A stretch of 64,000 bases of DNA from assembly GCA_001179505.1 (NCBI GenBank), contig CDMY01000398.1, positions 23,405 to 87,404 of the forward strand, given 5' to 3'. This document shows, one piece after another, positions 39,321 to 52,264 of this stretch; within the stretch, counting starts at the first letter, position 1, and every line of letters starts with the position of its first letter. The notes under the pieces were generated by a model, which worked only from the letters and a program-made list of their open reading frames with translations, searched no databases and was not told where the DNA came from. The stretch is from Vitrella brassicaformis CCMP3155 (lineage: Eukaryota > Protista > Chromerida). The translations under genes were made by a program, and so were the position numbers.

Positions 39321-40100
39321 CATGCATCACATCAACCACAACCCCGCTGATGACTTGCCCCAGGTAGGAAGGTATGATGAGTCTCCTCTTGCCGCCCTGC
39401 CGCATCCCCAGCAGCCCCTCCTCGAGACCCTTGATGATCGGGCTCTCGCCCAGGGTAATCCGATAAGGCTCACGCTGATCCCGCGCACTCTCAAACACAT
39501 ACCCCTGACGACCTGCAAGTACACACGCCACGCCCAGACAGCCAGACAGACAATGGACAGGACGGGCTCTCATCTGACTGGACAGTGCAGGGCAGGGCAG
39601 GAATCCCCCCGACCTGCGAGCCGTCCTGTCCAGTAGAAGTTGACTCTGCTGCCCATGGTCACCTCCGGCCCGTCACCCAGGTCATAATCCGCGTACTGCA
39701 GACCCGACATCGTCTGCACCATTCCAACCACCGACACAAACCACACACAGACACGGACACATACAGAAGCTTCTTGCAAGCTGCCACAATCGCTGCAGAG
39801 CATCCAAACGTATGTCACCTTCCTGAACTCGGGTTTCTTTTCCCAGTGCGGCTGTTCTGCAAGGGCCGGTCGCCGCACAAACACAGGTGAGCTGGCAGTG
39901 ACAATCGCCCACAGCAGCAAGGAATGCCACGATGATGCGGACGTGTGATGGTACTGCCTGCGGTCGGCTGCAGAGGGTGCCCGCAGGCCATCGTGACGGC
40001 CTGCATCTGGTGCATCTGGCTCATGGCAGTAGGTCTCCTGCACGCGCAAGATCAGCCGCGAAGTGGCGCTGTGATGAATTGGGGGTGGCAGAAACGCCAT
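38927..40100 (-). CDS. FKBP-type peptidyl-prolyl isomerase, probably plastid/thylakoid-lumen targeted
   Basis: SGLQYADYDLGDGPEV, IIKGLEEGLLGMRQGGKRRLIIPSYLGY, VVLDLEVV; N-terminal extension with RR, a hydrophobic stretch and an ALA-E cleavage-like site. Confidence 0.9.
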
Positions 40101-40216
40101 TGGTGGCTGAGGGTGCATCCATAGAGGGGCTCCGCACGTCATTTCGCGTCTTCTTTGTCGGGGAAGCGATCAGGCTGCAAGCTCAGCGCGCAGGAAGAGA
40201 GAAGGAGGCGCCCCTG

Positions 40217-41640
40217 ATGCAGCTGTCGGCTGAAGCAAGTATAGCGGGTGCATATTTGGTGTCATGCTGCGTGTTCCAGCTCCTGACAACCATCATCTTC
40301 CCGTAGGCAGAGGCAAAGATGATGCATTCGCGCATTCTCCTCTCTCATTGGCGTCCTTCCTGCTTTGGCATGGCTCTCTCTTTCAGACTGCTTCCCCTGT
40401 TTGCGTCACCTTCTCATATGGGCGGCTCTCTGCTGGTGTCATGCGACAGTGTGACGAGCCTTCTCTCCGCCTTATGCGTGGGCACGCGTGGCCGCAGCGT
40501 CGCTGCGGACGACGTGCATCGGCTGTGGGGAGTCTACTTTGCAGTGCTATCCGTCCGTAGGACACGGAGATAGGCAGGGGAACCGACACACGAACACACA
40601 TTGAAGTGGCTGTCGTCGATTGTTTTGTGTGGCAGGCAAGCGCTCTTCTGGTCGGTGTTCTGGGCGTCGCTGCAACACATTCGACGGCGTTGTGGTGCGT
40701 CATCGCCATCAAGGCGACGCTTGGCATCTGCTCAGGCGTGGTTGACGTCATCGGCCGGGCTGTGGTGCTGCTGTTGCCATCGCCGATAACAGTGCTCGTG
40801 TGTGTGGAATATCTGGAGGCAGCCATGTACGTCGTCGGTCCGCTGCTGGGCGGTCTCCTCGCGCACACTCATGAGGGTGACCTGGGGGCTGCATTTTCCG
40901 TCATGACGGCGGTCTTCCTCTGCCCGCTGCTGCCCCTGCTGCTGCCAAGGACAGACATCAAGAAGGGGGGCAACTCGACTGCTGCTGGTGGTGGTTGTGG
41001 TCCACAAGCCGACGGCTCGTCTATCGTCTCTTGGAGAGGCCTGCTGTCGATCATGCCATGGTGCTCTGTGTCGATGCTGACCCTGGCGATGGCCCTGCCG
41101 CCTCTGTTTGGCGTCATCGTGGGTAGCGACCATACTCACCATCACAGCACCTATCTCGACCGAGGGATCGCTCTCGCCCTCCCGCCACTGAGCAATGCCC
41201 TCTGTGCGGTGGCTCTCGCGTGCACTATGATGGACGACGGGCGAGAGGGTGGGAGGCCAGCCATGGCGTGTGGTGGTATGGGTGTGGGTGCGTCGCTGCT
41301 GATGGTGTGTTGCTGGCCGGGATCCATGACAGTCGGATTCACGTGTGCCGGCGGCTGCTTGGCGCTTGTCTTGGTGCCGGCATTGCCGTGCATACAACAG
41401 CAGCTGGCGAGGATGAAACGGGGATGTGGTGGTGCTGATGGTTCTAGGATGGATTATGCGTTGCTGGCGTCGTCTGTGTCTGTGGTATGTGAGCTGACGG
41501 GCGAGGGGTTTGTGGCGGTGGGGTGTGCGTGGGCAGTGGATAAAGTGGGCATTGAGGCGGTGCTGGGCGGGCTGGGTGTGGTGTTTGGGGGACTGTCTGT
41601 TGGGGTGATGGCGTATGTATATCCCTCCCTCTGTGGTTGA
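40217..41640 (+). CDS. Major facilitator superfamily transporter-like membrane protein
   Basis: MQLSAEASIAGAYLVSCCVFQLLTTIIFP|LLPLF.. then multiple TM helices including AMYVVGPLLGGLLA (MFS-like helix-5 signature). Confidence 0.7.
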
Positions 41641-41874
41641 ACTGCACCTGTCGATACCTACCTACATAAGCGACTCTTGAATGGGTGTGTATGTTATGTT
41701 ATGTTATGTACATATGCATGCATGTGTAGTGGACACACATAAACAGGCAGACCAACGCACACATTCCCTCGTGTCAGTCACGTGAATCGAATCGCGTCAA
41801 ACAAAGAGGCAGAGAGACAGCCACACGAACGATTATACACACACATCGTCAACCATGCAACAGCCGACCCCCCC

Positions 41875-42174
41875 NNNNNNNNNNNNNNNNNNNNNNNNNN
41901 NNNNNNNNNNNNNNNNNNNNNNNNNNNNNNNNNNNNNNNNNNNNNNNNNNNNNNNNNNNNNNNNNNNNNNNNNNNNNNNNNNNNNNNNNNNNNNNNNNNN
42001 NNNNNNNNNNNNNNNNNNNNNNNNNNNNNNNNNNNNNNNNNNNNNNNNNNNNNNNNNNNNNNNNNNNNNNNNNNNNNNNNNNNNNNNNNNNNNNNNNNNN
42101 NNNNNNNNNNNNNNNNNNNNNNNNNNNNNNNNNNNNNNNNNNNNNNNNNNNNNNNNNNNNNNNNNNNNNNNNNN
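41875..42174. other. Assembly gap (300 N)
   Basis: 300 N flanked by C runs between the two convergent MFS genes. Confidence 0.99.
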
Positions 42175-42184
42175 CCCCCCCCCG

Positions 42185-44436
42185 TCACTGTCGGCCCCTC
42201 CTTCCCTCGATGGCCGGCTGCAGTGCCTGTCTTTCCCCACTCGCCGCCATGGAGCTCTGGGTGAACACCTGCGATGGGGCGCTCCCACGGCGGTAGGCAA
42301 AGTACCGCCGCCGGATGTTGGGAGGTGTGGGGCCCAGGATGACACCCCTCTCGATCGTCTTCAAGAAGTCCAGCTTGGTCGTCGTGCCGTAGTAGAGGAA
42401 GCCGAACAGGGCCTGCACGGTGTACGGACGGATGGATGGATGGATGGATGGAGGGATGGAATGAGAGAATGAAAGTGAGAGGGACGGATAGGTGCGTGCA
42501 GTGCAATGGCACTTACGAGGCCGACGCCGCAGCCGACGAGCATCCGCTGCTGCCCTCCAGAGTCAAACTCCCCCGGAATGCCTACACACACACACATACA
42601 CACACACACACACACATTCTTGGACGAAGCAGGTCATGTGTTGTGTTTGTGCACTCACCCGCCAGTGCGGCCCCCAGGACCAGGCCGAGCGCCCAGAAGT
42701 CGTGATAGACGGCCACAATCAGGTCCTCAGGGATGTTACGCAGACGGTCGTGGTGCTCGGCATACTAAACACACACACACACACAGAGGGAGGGAGGGAG
42801 GGAGGGAGGGAGAGAAATAAGGCTGGCTGCCCGTGTGTGATCCATTGTGTTGTTTCTTCTCTTTACCGCGGTGATGGCGGTACAAGACGGTGAGAGGGTG
42901 CCTCCCAGGGACACGCCGTACAGCACCAGAAACAGAGCTATGTACAGCGTCTGATTGGCACGTGCACACGAGACGAGACACACACATATTACCTACCATG
43001 CACTCACTGCAGTGATTGGGCCAACCCACCTTTGGCCACCATATTTGCAGCGGCACGGCGAAGGCCATCAGAAAGAAACTCCAGAATATCATTGGTCGAG
43101 CTGACACCCTCTCCAGCAGCCACCCTGCACACAAGACACATACATCCAGGTAGCTGCACACATCCATCCATCCACTGTAGACAGACAGGTACGTACCGAG
43201 GAACATGGACGAGACGACGAAGGAAACGGCGAGCAGGCCGGCCAGCAGAGACACAAGGGTCTCCTGCACTCACACACGCACACACGGCAGCGACATCCAT
43301 CCATCCATCCACACACCTACCTTGGCTGCCATTTCGTTTTGCATGTAGAGGGGCAGGACGATCTCTGCCGTCGTCTTCACCGTCGTCGCCACAAGCACCA
43401 CACCTGCACACGGAACCACCACATAGATCAGCATTTTCGGGGGCCGTGTCTGGCGTATTCATAGCCCCGAACCGCAGAGGTTCCACACGATAGGGTCGCT
43501 GAGGAGCCAGGAAGCGACGCGCCAAGACGACTTGGGGCACTTGGACGTCTGCCCCGACACACACATTGAGAATGCGCCTTCACACACAGCAAAGATTTTT
43601 GGGCCTTTTAGTGCCTCTTCTCACCTACCTCTGCGACCATATAGAATTGTTCGGGCGCCCAGCAGAGTGCGGCGAAGAACAGACACCAGACGTTGAAGGC
43701 GGCTATCGCAGCCGCAGCCACGTATGTCAGCAAATATGACCCGAACGAGAACATATACCCGCCCAAAAACCGCCCGACAAGGTCGCCTCCCGTGTTGCCA
43801 GACATCACAATGGCTATCGCCAGACCCCTGAATGAATGAATGAACCAACCAATCACACACACACACGTACACACACACACATACAAGGGAAGCGAACAAA
43901 GGCGTGTGCTGATTTCACCCGCACCGTTGTGAGCCCGAAGGGAATATTTGCGCCGCCAGTGTGATGCTGTAGACCGATATAAAGGGGCTGACGAACCCCT
44001 GCACCATCCGCCCCACCAGGATGACGTTGTAGGCGGGAAACATGGCGCAGACCAGCAATGACACGTAGTGCGCCATGGTGGACCACATGACCAGGCGCAT
44101 CTGCTTCATGTACTTGAGCTGGGGCGGCTCCGGGCTGCCTGCGGTGGCCGCCTGGATGAAGAGGTGAACGGTGACCATGATGAAGGCGATCTGGTTGGCC
44201 CACGCGAAGGCCCCGACCACAATGGCTATCTCTGTCGATGAGTAATTGAGGATCTCCAGCTGCATCACTCACAACAAAATGGCATGACGCAGAGAGGGGA
44301 TGCAGTGCATCAGCATCCATTGTGCATATCACGTCCTCACCTGTTGCGGCAGGAATGTGAGCGGGAATGAGTAGACGAAGTCATCAGTGAAGAGGCACAG
44401 CGACAGCACAAGGCACACCACCCACTGCGCCTCCAT
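42185..44436 (-). CDS. MFS transporter, SLC18/DHA1-like
   Basis: LFTDDFVYSFPLTFLP, VILVGRMVQGF, GDLVGRFLGGYMF, long central loop, second TM bundle (ETLVSLLAG.., DFWALGLVLGAALAG). Confidence 0.8.
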
Positions 44437-44526
44437 CGCGATTTGGGGAGTTTGTTTACACCCTAGGCTAAAAGCTCGCATCGCGTGAAACCGCTCTCTC
44501 GAGGAGCCAGGGAAAGTTTCGCATTC

Positions 44527-46948
44527 ATGGAGGTGGAGGCCGCTCCGTCGCCTGGAGAGGCCGGGCCTCCCGAATTCGCCGATCTGGAGGATGCTGGGCC
44601 TCTGTTGCTGGTCTCCCGCTTCCTCACGGCCCGTGAGCTCCTTCACGCGTTCTACCTGGTGTCGAGGCGCATGCAGCGAGCGGCCACCGACGCCCAGCTG
44701 TGGACGGCTGTCGACACCGGGGCGCTGGGCTTGACAATCAGGCAGCAGAAGGTGCTGCTCAATAGACTCGGTGGGCGAGAGTTCTGACACACGCATGATG
44801 TGTGTGTATGCCTCGCCTGTCGAATCATGGTGTCTTGTTCCTCTGTGTCTGTGTGTATGTGTGTGTGTATGTGTGGGTGTGGTCGTGTGGCAGATGACGC
44901 CTGCTATCGGCAGATGCGTCGTTTGGTGTTGGCTGGGCATGAGGGCGTCGAGCACGTGGCTGCGGGGGTGAGGGATGTGCTGCAGACGTGTCAGCTGCAG
45001 CGATTCAGCTGCCCAGGTACATACGTCTGTCTGCTGCCAGCATGAAAATATTGCCCCCATCCACAGCACCGACTGAGCTGTGGTTGTCTTGCAGGCCTGC
45101 TGGACAGCGACCAGGGCCCTCTGCTTCTATCGTACCTGTCGCAGCTGCCCAACCTGCACACACTGGAGGTGGCCCGGCACCCCGAGTGGGTCGACAACAC
45201 CCCTCCCGTCCCGATGGCCCCGGCACCCGCACCCATGGCCCTCGTCATGCGCCGATACACTCAGTGCGTGTGGCCGGCTGACGACGGGTTGTTTCAGCAG
45301 CTCGTGTACGTCAACATCAGCGGATTGGCACTGCCCATGACCGACAATAGAGACGTAAGCCGGAAGAGAGAGCACAGACATCCCTTAGGCAGCGTCTTCG
45401 CCCCTCTCTCTCTCTCTGTGTGTATGTGTGTATGGTGGTGTGCGCAGCGATCTCGTTTGATGGAGTTGTTGCTGCGTCTGCCGCGGCTGGAGGAGATCAA
45501 CGCCCGCCCACCGCACAGCAGACCCGAGGAACTCTACCTGGCAAGGCGCTGCAACATGGTCAGTCACCACACACACACACACACACACCATCCACAGATG
45601 TACATGTCAACGTGCGTGTTTGCGTGTGTGTGTGCGATGTATGCAGCGTGCAGTGACTCGCCAGATGTCGAGAGCTTTGCTGGATCAATTCGCCGCCATC
45701 AAGGAGGCCGAGAGGCGCGACGGGGCGGCGGCTCGGCGGCATGTCCGTGTGAACATGTTTAACGACGGGCGCTTGCCGAGGCGCATTGTCATCCTCTGCA
45801 CACAGTGCAAGTGCGTATTGACGTGTTGACGTGTTCGTTGAAGGGCGGGTATAAACAGATAAAAAGAGATGCCCCCCCCCTCTCTCTCTCTGTGTGTGTG
45901 TGTGTGTGTCTTGCAGGCGTGTGTTGTTCCACTGTGAGGGCACGTATGCGATCGCTAGAGGGTCCCAGCCACACATCGACATCGGTACACACACACTTTT
46001 CTGCAGTTTTATGTGCGTGCACATGATTGTTACAAGGACGGCCGTGCGTGTGAGTGAGTGCAGAGTTGTATGTGTTTGGCGACACCGTCATTCGCACCAA
46101 CGTAGTCGGCGGCCTCTTCAACCAGAAATACGCCAAGTCATGCGCATCCAAGTGCCACGAACGGTACGCACACCGCCACACACATCCGCCGCAGACAGAC
46201 AGACGTGTGAAGTGCATATCTCTGTCTGTCTGCGTTGCCTGGCATGGCCTGCCTGCAGCCACCATCTGTATCTGCTCGCGGACGAGGAGTCGCCCATCGA
46301 GACACACGGCTTCACATACGGCGTGGCCTGTGGCCCCAGCCTCGCCATCTTCGCATCCACCAACGACCACCACCCATCACCACCGGCATCTGCCACCACA
46401 TCCATCAGCACCATTACTGCATCCGCACACCAGCACCAGCAGCAGCAGCAGCCGGAGGTGCCTGCCATCCGTTTGGAGCGGTCTGCAGCGTCCCTTATCG
46501 GGCCGAGAGGTCTGTATGTGAGTGACGATGAGCTGCGGTCCGGCAGGGACGAGTTCGCGGCCTTCCTGCAGGTGGCGGGGTCGGCCTCAGCTGTCAGGAG
46601 GTACTTGCATTTCCGCATTCCTGAAGAACTCTCGAATCTGAATGTGTGTGGGTCCTGTGTGTGTGGCTGCCCTGTGTGTGCAGGTACGATGCGGCAGCGC
46701 CGCTGGCGCCTGGTCTGCTGTGGGCCCTGCAGGCGGTGCAGCTGCTGGGGGGCGGCGGGGATGGTGGAGGTGGAGGCGGCGGGGATGACGGGGCCCATGT
46801 GCAGAACCTCAACGACCTTGTTGGAGGAGACATGTTCGACGACGATGACGAAGACGATCTTGACGACATCGATGAGGACGAGTGGCCCTTCATGCTCGAC
46901 GATGACGAGGATGATGGCCATCATTTCGAGGAGGAGGAGAATGGCTGA
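44527..46948 (+). CDS. F-box protein with LRR-like segments and acidic C-terminus
   Basis: LLLVSRFLTARELLHAFYLVSRRMQRAATDAQLWTAVD is an F-box consensus; LSQLPNLHTLEV and LPRLEEIN are LRR-like. Confidence 0.8.
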
Positions 46949-47832
46949 GTTAGTTGGGCTGGGTGGGGGGGCGAGAGCGAAGGGGCAGTTTTGTCGCAGT
47001 GGGGGGCGTGGGCGTCGGGGGTGGGGTGGTGTATGTGTATACCAACTCTAGAGACAGGGACTTGTGTGGCTGTATGGATGTGGACCATCTCAGTGTCGGC
47101 CGGGCCATGGTGCCGCCCGGCGTACTGAATGAATCATCATTGCTCTTTACTTACGCACATTGCGATCGGTCTGATCTGATGAGCGCCGTTTCGTCCCTCT
47201 GGCGTGTCTGGGCTTGTCAGGCGGCAGCAGGCCCTTGTCGACGGCAAGACTGTCACAGCACCATGCCATCGCAGCGAGCCTCCCAGCATCTGACAATCCC
47301 AGACACTGGCCAAATGGGTCGGGCAGAAAACGATATGATGCAGTCAGTACTGAGGTCGTCCGTTCTAGGTCTGTGTGTGGGTGATTCCGGTCCTGCTGTG
47401 GATGGGCTTGCTCCGGCCGAGCGAGCTCAGAGATGCAACCAAAAGGCTCATGGTGACATCATCGAATACGCCGACTGGCAGTGACACCTCCACACGAGGA
47501 GAGGGAATCACCCTCACACCGACACGAGTCTCGACAACAACACATTCACTTAATTACATAGGTACACAGATACACACTTGCGCACACCCTCGGGCTGGCA
47601 CACGGCTCGCTCTCTCGGTTGCTCGCTGGTTTGCTAGCTATTGACATGCACACCACACCCACACACCACACCCACCGCACACGCACTAAACAGAATGCAT
47701 CACTGATAGGAAAGATAAAGCACCGACCGTGGCTCCACCCACCCAGACAGACAGACGGACCCAAAAACACAGCGAGAAGGGCCATAGCTAGGAAGGAGAT
47801 GGATACCGCGTCGACTACGTCACACAATTCAG

Positions 47833-48620
47833 TCAGGCAGTGGCCACGACGCCACAGTCGGCGATCTTCACCTGGCGAGAAGAATTAGAAGGGGTTAGGC
47901 GTGCCATGCACACATGTGCTGTGCGTCCATCGCATCGTGTGTTATGTGCGGTAGGGGTGTGTGTGTGTGTGTGGGCGTACCGTCTTGGCAGGCTTTCCCG
48001 ACTGGCTGCCGTATGACTCGATGGTCGTCACAATGTCCATGCCCTCAACCACCTGACACACAACGTACGTAACGGACACACGACAGACAGGGAAGGCAAT
48101 CAGATCAGTCGTCGGTCGCCTCAGGTGCTGTGTGGTGTGTTTGTGCGGAAGTCAGGTACCGCACCGCACCGCACCCGGCCAGCCCAGGGATCGACCTTAC
48201 TGACCTTGCCGAAGACGACGTGTCTGCCATCGAGCCAGGAGGTCTTGACGGTCGTGATGAAGAACTGAGACCCATTCGTATTGGGGCCTTCATAACACCA
48301 CACACACACACACAGAGGTGGATGGTTGTGTGTGCGCGCTGAGTGGCCGGCCTGTGTGTGTGTGTGTGTACCAGCGTTGGCCATGGAGAGGATGCCGGGA
48401 CCAGTGTGCTTGAGCTTGAAGTTCTCGTCGTCAAACCTATGTAGAACGATTTGATTGACAGACAGGGGTAAAGTGTGTGTGTGTGTCTGTGTGAGTGTAC
48501 CTCTCTCCGTAAATGGATTTGCCGCCCGTGCCGTTTCCCTGAGTAAAGTCGCCGCCCTGGATCATGAAGTTTGGGATGATCCGATGGAACGTGCTCCCCT
48601 TGTAAGCAAGAGCCTTCCCT

Positions 48621-48651
<31 letters not shown>

Positions 48652-49211
48652 CACACACACACACAGAGCACGACAGACACATGGACCATGCCATGCACTC
48701 GGTGCGTTGGGCGCATGTGCATGTATGTGTGCATCTCACCGGCGGTGTCCGATTTGTCTCCGAGTGCAAGATGTTTGAAGTTCTCCACCGTCTTGGGCAC
48801 CACATCGCCAAACAGACCTATCACGATCCGCCCGGCGGGCTTGCCCTCTATGTCAATGTCGAAATACACCTGCACACACAAGCTCACACTCACGCGACCG
48901 CGTGTGGGCGTCTGGCGTCTTCTTGCGTAGGTACCTTCTCAGTGATTTTTGGATCAGGCGCCGCGGCACACAAAGCGATGCCCGCCACAAACAGCGCTCC
49001 GCACAGCTGAAAAGGAGAGACGCATACATATGCAGAGAAGAAGCCACAGCACACGAGACACACTGTGAGCTGAGATCTGCCGTCTTGTCGTCTGCCTGAG
49101 TGCTGCTGCTCTGCTCTTTCGCTGTCTGTCTGTCTCGTCGGCTGGCACGGGCTGTCTGCGTGGCCACCGCAACGGACACCACACGGGCTGACGCACACGC
49201 ACCTTCATCAT
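47833..49211 (-). CDS. Cyclophilin with signal peptide (cyclophilin B-like)
   Basis: MMK|[14 protein letters not shown] then [77 protein letters not shown]. Confidence 0.96.
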
Positions 49212-49531
49212 GGCAGATGGCCAACGGACAGCAGGAAGGAGTAGAGGAAATGGCACCGGTCACCGGCACGGAGAGTGGCAGGCAGGGAAGCTAGGACAAG
49301 CGAGGAACCGGGTCGGCGACGAACGGATCTTTCGATCACACGTGTGATGATCGAACCGACGAGATGGAACTTGACGTACACGATCACAACGACGTGCTGC
49401 CGATGCAGGCAGGAGTGCTCAGAGGATGTCCAGATTCAAAGGCGGAAGGCGTCGCCGTGCGAGCTTAGAAGTGAAGGCGAAGGCAGATCTATCCGATGTG
49501 ATCCTGCCGAGCTCCGTCAGATGCGGCCGGG

Positions 49532-51608
49532 ATGAATGCAGCGCGCCATCTTTGCCACTCGGCGGCCAACGGCGTCCGCCTCGTCTGTCGGGCAGCTTCG
49601 TCATCGGCAGCGGCATCATCGGCATCAGCAGCAGCAGCAACGATGACAGTGAGGCGCCGTGTGAGCATCGTGAGCGATGCGGAGGAGTGCTGTCGAGAGG
49701 TGGATGACCATCTGCGGGGCTGTGACCGGGTGGCCATGGACTGCGAAGGCGTCATGCTGGGGCGGTTTGGGCGGCTCTGCCTCGTGCAGGTGAGGCGGGT
49801 GGGGTGGCCAGACCACATGGATGGATGACAGACAGCAAATTATATTGACGGTAGACAGACACGTGGATGACTAGACAGCTTTGCGATGCTGTGTGTGTGT
49901 GTCATGGATTGTATGTGTGTGTGGTCAGTTGTCAACTCGCGAGCGGATATTGGTGTGTGACGCGCTCAAGACGGGTGTGGTGGAGGCGCTCAAGCCGATA
50001 CTTAGCGACCCGAACATCATCAAGGTAGGTGAGCCCCGCCACGCACACATCAAATCAAGACAGCAGCTGCCTGCCTGCCTTGATGCATTCATGTGCGTGT
50101 GTCGTGTCAGGTGTGCCACGACTGCCGTGAGGACTCATCCGCCCTCTACCACCAGCACGGCGTCCTTCTGCGGAGCGTCTTCGACACGCAGGTCGCCTAC
50201 AGGCTGCACCTCCAGAGGACGCGCACAGACCAGGGCAAAGGAATGGCAGAGGGGAGCTCGCCCTACGACGAGCACGGCGGCAGCGATAGCAGCGCCTATG
50301 CCTTCGATGCGCCACTGGCCGTGCCGCTCAAAGCTTTCCTCGACATCAGGTGGCCTGGTGTGGCGCATGGATGGGCATGGATGGATGGATGGATGGCTAT
50401 CATAGGGAGCGGTTTGGTTTCTGTGTGTATCAGCACGCCGCCGTCTCGTGAGATGAAGCAGCGGATGAGCGACGATCCGACTCTGTGGTTCCGCCGGCCG
50501 CTGGGTGCCGACCTGCTTCGGTATGCCATGGAGGGGGTGCGGCACCTCATACCTCTCATGGACGCAATGACGCGCAAGGGCAGCAGTGCTGCCGCTACGG
50601 GCGGTGCTGGTGGTGGTGGCAGTGATGCACAAATCGGTCGGTCGGTCAGCCAGGGAATGAATGGATGGATGGATGGATGGATGGAGGGACAGATGACCAT
50701 TGTGTTGTGTTGACTTGTGCTGTGCAGATGTGGATAGTGTGTTGAGTGCGTCGCAGCGGTATGTGGATTACCGTGTGTTGAATAGCGGCTTCGATAGGCC
50801 GGCAGACATCGCCACCAGAGGGACTAATGTACAGGGTGGGTGCGGGGCGCCAACACACACACACACACACAGACAAGAGTGCATGTGTGTGTTTGTAGGT
50901 GTGCTGGTGTCTCGTGTGCCGTCCAAGCTGCTGTTCAAGCTCAATTGTGGCCGGCAGGGAGTGGTGTCGACGCTGTCAGCCATCAAGCGGTTCAGGGATG
51001 TGCAGATTGGTACGAATGCGCAGAGAGCAGGGAAGCACCACACAGTCTACGTCTGTCTGTCTGTGTGTCTGTCTGTCTGCAGGTGAGGTGGCTGACTGTG
51101 TGGTGTCGAATGTCAGCGTCGACGGCAACTACGTCTACCTCGACAGGTAGGTACCTACACACACTGCCACACACACACACACACACACTCTCACACACAC
51201 ACACACACATCTGTGTGTGTGCCTGTCTGTGTATGTATCTGCCACCACTCATTCATCGATCAATCAGGTTTGATGCGCTTCACGACTACTGGAGCCTCAA
51301 ACAAAGGTATGCGTGTGTGACACACACAGCACCAATGCGCCAACATGACATCCAAGTCTGTGTCGTGTGTGTGTGTGTGTGTGTGGGTCTCAGGCCAAAG
51401 AGCCACTACCGCCCCACCCGACAAGCGGTGGGAGAGCGAGGGGCCCACAGTACTGCACACCCCATCCACCTCCCACCCACCACCTGTCTGCCCGTCTGCC
51501 TTTTCTTGTCCTTTTCAGGACGAGCATGAAACGGCAGACCCTCTCCTGGTGCCGCAGGTCGACCCCACAGACCACGACGCACACATGCACCAAGACGACG
51601 GCCGGTGA
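49532..51608 (+). CDS. 3'-5' exonuclease-domain protein (EXD1/Egalitarian-like DEDDy fold) with S1-like tail
   Basis: VAMDCEG..GRLCLVQL, KVCHDCREDSSAL, VFDTQVA, WFRRPL..LLRYA; tail GEVADCVVSNVSVDGNYVYLDR; Arg/Ala/Ser-rich presequence-like N-terminus. Confidence 0.85.
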
Positions 51609-52264
51609 GTGACCGACCCAGTGGATGAGTGAACGCAGTTGCCGGCTGCCACGCCATGGCTGGGTCTCACACACGGGCAAGGCAGTGTAATCGATGCCAT
51701 TCATGGTTGCGCAGTGGGCTGTGTCGGTCGGTTGTGTTGGTGTGCATTTTTGGCACTGCGTACGTAATGAGGACTGACTGTGAGATAGATATGACAACCT
51801 TGATTGTCTGTCCCAGCTGGGCTGCAGCTATTGTGCAATGTGTGTCGAAGGCTGGTGGCTGAATGTCATTGGCAACGGCATCATGCGTCTGCACATTGGT
51901 TCGATTACGGACCATCATGCCTCGGTGACGTCACTCGCATCCAAAATGTCACACATACACACGCGCACACACCGGGCGCCGCATACGTACAAAAGAGACC
52001 ACACCGCTCAGTCAGTCGTGAGCCGTCCATACTATACAGAACGACACATGAGTGGACACATTGATAAAGAATCGCTGTCTGTCCCAACAAAAAAGCCTCT
52101 CAATCAGCATCACATGGAAAATCAATCTCGGAGCCATACAAACACTCAGACTGACGTCAGGGAGATTCACACAGAGATGCACACACGAATGTTTCGTCCC
52201 CTTTGCTCTGCGCTCTACTCCCCATTTCCGCTGCTCACCTGTCACTTCGGCACGATTCGTTGAT

